Both the position numbers and the translations under genes were made by a program. 32,000 nt of DNA from an uncultured delta proteobacterium (lineage in GTDB: Bacteria; Desulfobacterota; Syntrophia; Syntrophales; Fen-1087). The notes beneath the pieces were generated by a model that ran no database searches, was not told the DNA's origin, and saw only the letters and a list, made by a program, of their open reading frames with translations. Positions 25,302-32,000 of the stretch are shown piece by piece (within the stretch, counting starts at the first letter, position 1; every line of letters starts with the position of its first letter). Location: NCBI GenBank assembly GCA_963754515.1, contig CAVWGC010000005.1:122140-154139 (forward strand), written 5' to 3'.

Positions 25302-27710
25302 TTACCTGATTTTAGCTCCGCTTTTTTCCACAATTCTTTGCACAATGGCATTGTGTGCGCGGCTGATTTCCTGATCCGTCAAAGTCCGGTCATGCGCACG
25401 GTAAGAGAACCTTAACCCCAGACTTGTCATGCCCTCCGGGATCCCTTTGCCGTCATATACATCAAAAATACATACTTTTTCAAGCAATTCTTCATACATA
25501 TCAAGCGAAATTTGAATTATTTCTTCCGCCGTCAAGTCACATGAAGTCAGAAAGGCCACATCCCGCGAACTGGAAGGAAACTTGGAGATGTCCCGATAGG
25601 CCAGCATCCCGGAAAAATGTCGAGACAAAACGTCCAGGTCCATTTCAAAGACAATTGCCCGGTTCTTCAGATCCATCCTGGCCAGGACATCCGGATGAGC
25701 CTCGCCGAGGAATCCGACCACGCCCCCCCCGATTGTGATGCCGCAGGAGCGGCCCGGATGCAGGAAGGGTTCCCGAAGATCCGACCGGAATTTCACTGCG
25801 GCGATTTTCAAATGCTCAAAGAGACCATCCAGACACCCCTTGAGGTCGAAGAAATCCGACGCAAGACCGGAATAATGCCAACCGTCATCGTATCGGGCGC
25901 CGGTCAGAATGCCGCCAATTCTGTTTTGCTCTGTGGGAAGCGTTCCAGCCTGCCCGGCCAGGTAAGTTCTTCCGATCTCGAACAGCTTGAGGTCAAAACA
26001 ACCCGCATCTGCATTCCTTCGCATGGTTTCCAGCAGGCTGTATATCATCGTCGTGCGCATCACGGCTTGCTCTTCCGTGAGAGGATTTCGGATCGCTACT
26101 GTCGCTCTGCGCATATCATCGGCCGGCAACCCCAGATGTTCGACTGCTATTGCCGGAATGAAACTGTAGGTAATCACTTCTGAATAACCATAGCCGTTCA
26201 ACAAGGTACGGATACACTCTTCCAAGACTTTTCGCTGTTCTGGCCTTGAGGACATGAATGAAATAGCCGGTCGTGTGACGGGAATCCGGTCATAGCCATA
26301 ATGCCGGGCAATCTCTTCGATCAGATCGATCTCCCGGCTGACGTCCACTCGGAACGTGGGTGGCGTTACATGATAATGAGAGCCGTTCGCTTTGTTAACG
26401 GCCATCCCGAGGTTTTTCAGAATCCGCACAACCTGAGCCGGTGCGATGGCTTTTCCCAGAATATCCCGAACCCTTCTGGTGCGCAGGGGAATGTCCCGTG
26501 GGGATTCTATTTTCTTGGGATATTGATCAATATAGCCACGGCAGACGGCCCCTCCTGATAAGTCAGCAATCAGTTGGGCGGCACGATTCAGCGCGTGCAC
26601 CACGCCCTCAGGATCAATTCCCCGTTCAAACCGAAAAGCGGCATCGGTATTCATGCCCAGCCAGCGGGATGACTTCCGGATCGAGGTGGGATTGAAATAG
26701 GCACTCTCCAGAAGCACCATGCGGGTGTCATCCTGGATCTCCGAATTGAGCCCCCCCATGATGCCGGCAATGGCCACTGGCTTGGCTCCGTCACAGATCA
26801 TCAGGGTGTCGGCCCGCAACATTCGTTCCTTCTCGTCCAGAGAAATGAAGGTCTCCCCCTGTCGTGATTTTCTGACCACGATGCGTCCCTCTTTTAGAAA
26901 CCGGTAATCGAAGGCATGCAGCGGCTGACCGCATTCCAGCATGACGAAGTTGGTTACATCCACCACATTGTTGATGGCGCGCAGACCGACAGATTCCAGC
27001 CGGCGGCGCATCCAGAACGGAGAAGGACGGACGGCGATATTTTTGACAATGCGAGCGGTATAACGGGGACAGAGGTCGGCATCCAGAATCTGGACCGATG
27101 TGATGCCGTTGATATCTTCGTCATCTTCCTGCAGGATGATCTCCGGCGCTCTGAGTTTTTTGCCCGTCAGAGCCGCGATTTCCCGCGCCACGCCGATGAC
27201 GGACAGGCAGTCCGACCGGTTCGGGGTGATCGCGATATCGAGGACAACGTCCCGCAGGTTCAGGACGTCGATCAAATCCTGTCCGAGCGGGAGTTCGGCC
27301 GGCAGGATCATGATGCCCGAACGGTCCGGACCGATACCGAGTTCCTCCTCGGAGCAGAGCATCCCTTCCGAGAGCTCGCCGCGAATCCGGGAACTCTTGA
27401 TGGTATCCCCGCCCGGGATGACCGCTCCGACCATGGCCAGCGGCACAACATCGCCGATCTGAATGTTTTTAGCGCCGCAGACGATCGGCAGGATGTCCGC
27501 TCCCGTCGTTACCTCACAGAGCGACAATTTTTCCAAGTCGGGATGGGGTCTGATGGAAAGGATTTTCGCGACAAGCACCCGGCTGAAGTCAGGCGTCGTT
27601 TCCCGGACGTTATCGACCTCCAGACCCGCCATCGTCAGACGGTCTGCCAGTTCTGCCGGGGCAAGGTCGATGTCGATATAGTCTTTAAGCCAACGCAAAC
27701 TAACGAACAT
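25302..27710 (-). CDS. pheT: Phenylalanine--tRNA ligase beta subunit
   Basis: 802-aa ORF starting [16 protein letters not shown].... It has tRNA-binding, B3/4, B5 and FDX-ACB type regions. Its start shares one nt with the pheS stop (TAATG). Confidence 0.95.
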   Translation of the reverse strand: MFVSLRWLKDYIDIDLAPAELADRLTMAGLEVDNVRETTPDFSRVLVAKILSIRPHPDLEKLSLCEVTTGADILPIVCGAKNIQIGDVVPLAMVGAVIPGGDTIKSSRIRGELSEGMLCSEEELGIGPDRSGIMILPAELPLGQDLIDVLNLRDVVLDIAITPNRSDCLSVIGVAREIAALTGKKLRAPEIILQEDDEDINGITSVQILDADLCPRYTARIVKNIAVRPSPFWMRRRLESVGLRAINNVVDVTNFVMLECGQPLHAFDYRFLKEGRIVVRKSRQGETFISLDEKERMLRADTLMICDGAKPVAIAGIMGGLNSEIQDDTRMVLLESAYFNPTSIRKSSRWLGMNTDAAFRFERGIDPEGVVHALNRAAQLIADLSGGAVCRGYIDQYPKKIESPRDIPLRTRRVRDILGKAIAPAQVVRILKNLGMAVNKANGSHYHVTPPTFRVDVSREIDLIEEIARHYGYDRIPVTRPAISFMSSRPEQRKVLEECIRTLLNGYGYSEVITYSFIPAIAVEHLGLPADDMRRATVAIRNPLTEEQAVMRTTMIYSLLETMRRNADAGCFDLKLFEIGRTYLAGQAGTLPTEQNRIGGILTGARYDDGWHYSGLASDFFDLKGCLDGLFEHLKIAAVKFRSDLREPFLHPGRSCGITIGGGVVGFLGEAHPDVLARMDLKNRAIVFEMDLDVLSRHFSGMLAYRDISKFPSSSRDVAFLTSCDLTAEEIIQISLDMYEELLEKVCIFDVYDGKGIPEGMTSLGLRFSYRAHDRTLTDQEISRAHNAIVQRIVEKSGAKIR

Positions 27711-28726
27711 TAAAACTGCTCCAGAAAACGCCAGTCATTCTCAAAAAACAGCCGGATGTCGGATACGCCGTATTTGAGCATGGCAATCCGCTCAAGACCG
27801 AGCCCGAAAGCAAAACCGGAAATTGTTTCCGGATCGTACCCCACATTCTTGAAAACCTCCGGATCCACCATTCCCGCTCCGAGAATTTCCAGCCAACCGC
27901 TTTGCCCGCAGACGCGGCAGCCACCCCCCCTGCAAATCACGCACCGGATGTCGACCTCAGCGCTGGGTTCGGTGAACGGGAAAAAACTGGGGCGGAACCG
28001 GATGGCCGTGTCTTCGCCGAATATTCTTTCGATGAAGAACGTCAGTACGCCTTTGAGATCTCCAAAGGTAACGCCCTTGTCAACGAGCAGTCCTTCGATC
28101 TGATGAAACATGGGCGTATGAGAAATATCGGAATCAGGCCGGTAGACACGGCCGGGCGACAGGATCCGTACGGGTGGTTTGAGCTTCTCCATCGTCCGGA
28201 TCTGCACGGGAGACGTATGCGTCCGCAGGACGATATTTTCTTCAATGTAAAACGTGTCCTGCATATCCCTTGCGGGATGGTCCCTGGGAATATTCAGGGC
28301 TTCGAAATTATAATAATCCAGCTCAATCTCCGGACCTTCCACAACGGAAAATCCCAGGCCGGTAAATATTTCGCGAATCTCACGGCTTACCCGGATAATG
28401 GGATGAAGCTTGCCAGGCCGGGCAGCCCGACCGGGCAGAGTGACGTCAATTTTGTCTTCGAGGAGCGCCTGTTCCCGTTTTTTCTGGGTCACGCGCTGCA
28501 GGGCTTTGTCGATCGCCTCCGCAAGGATCTCCTTCATTTCATTGGAACGCCTGCCGAGAAGCGGCCTTTCTTCCAGCGGCGCCTGGCTGACAGTCCGAAG
28601 CAGGTTGGTGAGCAGCCCCTTGCGCCCAAGGTATCTGGTTTTAATTGCAAGGAGCGTTTCTTCCGTTTCCGCCTGATTCAGCTCGGTAAACGCTCTGACC
28701 CGGAGCTCCTCTAAGTCATTGATCAT
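27710..28726 (-). CDS. pheS: Phenylalanine--tRNA ligase alpha subunit
   Basis: 338-aa ORF with class II motifs (...[20 protein letters not shown]..., ...GAGMVDPEV..., [17 protein letters not shown]). Its start overlaps the rplT stop (ATGA). Confidence 0.95.
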   Translation of the reverse strand: MINDLEELRVRAFTELNQAETEETLLAIKTRYLGRKGLLTNLLRTVSQAPLEERPLLGRRSNEMKEILAEAIDKALQRVTQKKREQALLEDKIDVTLPGRAARPGKLHPIIRVSREIREIFTGLGFSVVEGPEIELDYYNFEALNIPRDHPARDMQDTFYIEENIVLRTHTSPVQIRTMEKLKPPVRILSPGRVYRPDSDISHTPMFHQIEGLLVDKGVTFGDLKGVLTFFIERIFGEDTAIRFRPSFFPFTEPSAEVDIRCVICRGGGCRVCGQSGWLEILGAGMVDPEVFKNVGYDPETISGFAFGLGLERIAMLKYGVSDIRLFFENDWRFLEQF

Positions 28727-29082
28727 GCCGCCAGGCTTTCCTTTGCGATGGTCACAATTTGCGAAAATGCCCGTGCATCATGCACCGCCAGATCAGCCAA
28801 CACCTTCCTGTCAATTTCGATATGGGCCTTTTTCATCCCGTCGATTAAACGGCTGTAAGCTATTTCATTAAGTCTGGCTGCGGCATTGATCCGGACAATC
28901 CAGAGTTTCCGAAAATCTCGCTTGCGCACCCGTCGGTCCCGGAAAGCGTATTTCATGGACCTTTCGACGGCTTCGGTGGCGGTCCTGATCAAGCGGCTCC
29001 TTGCCCCGAAGAAGCCCTTGGCCATCTTTAAAATCTTCCTTCTTTTCTTCTTGCCTGTTACGGCTCTTTTTACCCGCGGCAT
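28723..29082 (-). CDS. rplT: 50S ribosomal protein L20
   Basis: 119-aa ORF: [39 protein letters not shown]... Confidence 0.95.
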   Translation of the reverse strand: MPRVKRAVTGKKKRRKILKMAKGFFGARSRLIRTATEAVERSMKYAFRDRRVRKRDFRKLWIVRINAAARLNEIAYSRLIDGMKKAHIEIDRKVLADLAVHDARAFSQIVTIAKESLAA

Positions 29083-29130
29083 TTTTCCTGTCTCCTGATC
29101 GAGTGATTTTTTGCGTCGGACTGTATCCGG

Positions 29131-29328
29131 TTATTTATAAGGTATCAGCTTCTTGATTTCCCGCTCATCGGATCTGTCGAGAATGGCTGCTTTTCTCAAA
29201 TTTCTTTTTCTCTTTCGTGTCTTGGATGTCAGGATGTGGCTGGCGTAAGCCTTGCTTCTTTTGACCTTTCCGGATCCAGTCAAGCTGAAACGCTTCGCCG
29301 CACCCCGGTGTGTTTTTATTTTTGGCAT
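29131..29328 (-). CDS. rpmI: 50S ribosomal protein L35
   Basis: 65-aa ORF: [46 protein letters not shown]. Confidence 0.93.
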   Translation of the reverse strand: MPKIKTHRGAAKRFSLTGSGKVKRSKAYASHILTSKTRKRKRNLRKAAILDRSDEREIKKLIPYK

Positions 29329-29573
29329 TGATTTTTCCCCTTTTTTAATGATGTCAGAAAACGATATCCTTAATTCTTCACTATTTGAAACCTTTGAAAA
29401 ATGGCTTCGTCGCGGCTCGTAATCTTTTTCGATAGAAATTACGATGACACTTTAATATATTTGAAATCAATTAATTAGTCATGGGGACATGACAGAGTCG
29501 TGTCCCCATCAACGAAAAATCCTTTATTCGCCGCTTGCGAAACATTTTTCAGTGGTTATGCAAACCTCACAAT
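29329..29573 (-). promoter_or_regulatory. Long structured infC-rpmI spacer; candidate L20-responsive leader
   Basis: The 245-nt AT-rich spacer holds the hairpins ggggaca-11 nt-tgtcccc (about 29482-29506) and cgtaat-14 nt-attacg. In other bacteria L20 autoregulates through structures upstream of rpmI or infC. The assignment here is by position only. Confidence 0.3.
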
Positions 29574-30086
29574 TTATTTTTTCGGAGGCGCCAGGATCAT
29601 AATCATGTTCCGGCCTTCCAGCCTCGGCTGCTGCTCGACGATGGAAACCTCCGCCAAAGCCTCGCGGATGTCCTCCATCATTTTTCTGCCTATTTCCGAG
29701 TAGGCAATCTCACGTCCCCGAAACATCATGGTGATCTTGACCTTATCGTGCTGATCAAGAAACTTTTTGATGTGCTTGACCTTCACCTGCAGATCATGCG
29801 TCTCCGTTTTGGGTCTCAGCCGGATTTCCTTGACTTGTATGGTGGTCTGGCTCTTCTTGGCGTCCTGGAGCTTTTTGCTCTGCTGGTATCGGAATTTCCC
29901 ATAATCCAGGATTCTGCATACGGGCGGCTCGGATGTAGGCGCCACTTCGACCAGATCCAGCCCCCCCTTCGCCGCTTCCGACAGGGCATCCGCTAAGGAT
30001 ATAATGCCCAGCTGCTTTCCCTCGGCATCGATCACGCGAACCTGGGCGGCCCTGATCTCCCGGTTAATTTTTAACTCTTTACTTAT
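29574..30086 (-). CDS. infC: Translation initiation factor IF-3, initiating at a non-canonical ATA codon
   Basis: The track ORF starts at an internal GTG (30035). Extending upstream gives I-SKELKINREIRAAQVRVIDAEGKQLG, the conserved IF-3 N-terminus, up to an in-frame TGA. The first codon after that stop plus one codon is ATA (30086-30084), placed 6 nt after AGGAGG. Confidence 0.88.
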   Translation of the reverse strand: MSKELKINREIRAAQVRVIDAEGKQLGIISLADALSEAAKGGLDLVEVAPTSEPPVCRILDYGKFRYQQSKKLQDAKKSQTTIQVKEIRLRPKTETHDLQVKVKHIKKFLDQHDKVKITMMFRGREIAYSEIGRKMMEDIREALAEVSIVEQQPRLEGRNMIMILAPPKK

Positions 30087-30112
30087 AGGTCACCTCCTGC
30101 AGATATTATAAG

Positions 30113-32000
30113 CTATTTATATTGTGTGCACTGCTCTTTCAGCAGCGCTATAAATTCATCCGGGGTCATGGCACCGAGGTTTTTCCCATCCCGCCGGCGT
30201 GGAGCAATATGCCCGGCCTCCATTTCGCGGTCGCCGATCACGAGCATGTAGGGAATTTTTTGCATCTGCGCCTGCCGGATCTTGAAGCCGAGTTTTTCGT
30301 TGTCAAATCCTTTTTCCACGCGGACACCCGCATCGATCAGCCGCTGATAGACCGCCTCGCCGTAGGGAATATGCTTATCCGTCACGGACAGCAGGACAGC
30401 CTGCACAGGCGACAGCCAGATGGGGAAGGCGCCGGCGTAATGTTCAATCAGGACTCCCATGAACCGTTCGATGGCGCCCAAAATCACGCGGTGCAGCATG
30501 ACAGGCCGGTGTTTTTCACCATCGGGGCCAATATAGCTGAGATCGAACCGCTCCGGCAAGGTAAAATCACACTGAATGGTGGCACATTGCCATTTCCTTT
30601 TCAGGGCGTCCTTCAACTTGAAGTCGATTTTCGGCCCATAGAAGGCGCCGTCGCCCTCGTTTATATCGTATGTTATCCGGTTGTCATTCAGGGCGTTCTT
30701 CAGGGCGGATGTCGCCATCTCCCAGTCTGCATCAGACCCGATGGATTTGGCCGGGCGGGTGCTCAGTTCGACTTCATATTCAAATCCGAAGATTTTCATG
30801 GCGTACGCCACAAAATCCGCGATGGCTCGGATCTCGGCATTGAGCTGGTCTGGCGTGCAGAGGATATGGGCGTCGTCCTGAGTGAACTGGCGGGCACGCA
30901 TGAGACCATGCAGAACGCCGGTCTTTTCGTGCCGGTGCACCGTGCCCAACTCAAAATAACGCAGGGGCAGGTCCCGATAACTGCGGATTCTCGCTTTGTA
31001 GATGAGCATGTGGGACAGGCAATTCATCGGCTTGATCCCGTATTCCTGCTCATCAACCACCGTGTAGTACATATTTTCCCGGTAGTGTTCGTAATGGCCC
31101 GATTTCTTCCAGAGGTCGGCCTTGAGGATCTGAGGCCCCATGACCATATCGTAGCCCCGTTTCAGGTGTTCTTGGCGTTCCCACTCTTCGATGAGATAAC
31201 GCAGCAGCATCCCTCTGGGGTGAAAGATAATCAGCCCCGGCCCTGCCTCGTCGTTCATCTGGAAGAGGTCCAGTTCCCGGCCCAGCCTACGGTGATCCCG
31301 CTTTTTTGCCTCTTCAAGGATGTGCAGATGCTCGGTCAGTTGCTCTTGTGTGGCGAAACCCGTCCCGTATATGCGCTGCAGCATCCTGTTCTTTTCGTCG
31401 CCCCGCCAGTAGGCACCGGCCACGCTCAGCAGTTTGAAGGCTTTGATCATGCCGGTTGCGGGAACGTGAGGCCCCCGGCACAGATCCAGGTAGCCGCCCT
31501 GCGTATAGAGACTGACCGTTTTGACCTCCTCCGGCAGATCGTTCAGCAACTCGACCTTGTAGGATTCGCCCCTGCCTTTGAACAGCCCAACGGCCTCTTC
31601 ACGTAACACGTCCTGCCGGCTGAACGGATGATTGGCCGCAGCAATCTCGTGCATACGGTTTTCGATCTTTTCCAGATCCTCGGGTGTGAAGGTTTCGGCA
31701 TACTCGAAATCGTAGTAGAATCCGTCTTCGATCGACGGACCGATAGCGACCTGTACATTCTTGAAAATGTCCTGAACGGCTTGGGCCATGACATGGGAAC
31801 TGCTGTGTCGGAGGATGGAAAGGCCCTCTTTCGATTGACCGTCGATGAGGGATAAAACCCCGTCGGTCTGTACGGGGGAACTCAAATCGACCGGCTGCCC
31901 ATTGATTTTGGCGGCGACCGTCGATGAAAGCACCTCCGGCTTCCAGGAACGGATGATTTCCGCAACAGGCGCGCCTGCTCGATAGGCCCCTTCGGAACCG
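30113..32000 (-). CDS. thrS: Threonine--tRNA ligase (5' end beyond the window end)
   Basis: The ORF stays open to position 32000. The track start at 31933 is an internal GTG, and upstream it reads ...[39 protein letters not shown], which is the TGS domain. The second additional domain ([13 protein letters not shown]) and class II core motifs are present. Confidence 0.95.
   Translation of the reverse strand, partial: GSEGAYRAGAPVAEIIRSWKPEVLSSTVAAKINGQPVDLSSPVQTDGVLSLIDGQSKEGLSILRHSSSHVMAQAVQDIFKNVQVAIGPSIEDGFYYDFEYAETFTPEDLEKIENRMHEIAAANHPFSRQDVLREEAVGLFKGRGESYKVELLNDLPEEVKTVSLYTQGGYLDLCRGPHVPATGMIKAFKLLSVAGAYWRGDEKNRMLQRIYGTGFATQEQLTEHLHILEEAKKRDHRRLGRELDLFQMNDEAGPGLIIFHPRGMLLRYLIEEWERQEHLKRGYDMVMGPQILKADLWKKSGHYEHYRENMYYTVVDEQEYGIKPMNCLSHMLIYKARIRSYRDLPLRYFELGTVHRHEKTGVLHGLMRARQFTQDDAHILCTPDQLNAEIRAIADFVAYAMKIFGFEYEVELSTRPAKSIGSDADWEMATSALKNALNDNRITYDINEGDGAFYGPKIDFKLKDALKRKWQCATIQCDFTLPERFDLSYIGPDGEKHRPVMLHRVILGAIERFMGVLIEHYAGAFPIWLSPVQAVLLSVTDKHIPYGEAVYQRLIDAGVRVEKGFDNEKLGFKIRQAQMQKIPYMLVIGDREMEAGHIAPRRRDGKNLGAMTPDEFIALLKEQCTQYK

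Overview
This window is mostly chromosomal housekeeping DNA. By gene content and repeat type it resembles a moderately GC-rich deltaproteobacterium (Syntrophus/Smithella-like), but that is inference only.

Gene order, left to right:
- a thiolase gene whose 3' end lies outside the window, and a YheT-type alpha/beta hydrolase;
- a thiamine salvage cluster: thiM-thiE, a HAD-like gene and a yjbQ-family gene;
- an AT-richer, decayed accessory islet of about 3.5 kb (5.46-8.97 kb). It holds a BglII/BamHI-like restriction endonuclease gene broken by a palindromic repeat, a 120-bp MITE, gene fragments, an ABM-domain gene, and a small ORF preceded by a structured leader plus intrinsic terminator;
- a four-gene tRNA cluster on the minus strand: Arg(TCT), His(GTG), Arg(TCG), Lys(CTT);
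- a 580-aa secreted repeat/lectin-like protein;
- dprA-topA-trmFO, where both dprA and trmFO carry apparent +1 frameshifts near the 3' end, followed by a second MITE copy;
- an acyl-CoA ligase, Fe-SOD, radC and an IHF-beta-like gene;
- trpS-scpA-scpB-rluB, an HU gene and a PxxKW cysteine-rich protein gene;
- the classic thrS-infC-rpmI-rplT-pheS-pheT-ihfA operon followed by a MerR-like gene. thrS runs off the right edge.

I found no CRISPR array, no intact transposase or integrase, and no convincing intact multi-gene novel system. The points most worth a second look are:
- the decayed islet next to the tRNA cluster;
- the TA-flanked MITE family;
- the leader-terminator-small-ORF module;
- the two frameshifted housekeeping genes;
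- the thiM-thiE-HAD-yjbQ linkage, which lacks a THI-box;
- the function-unknown secreted and PxxKW proteins.

Everything is based on reading and translating the sequence by eye. No database search was run.
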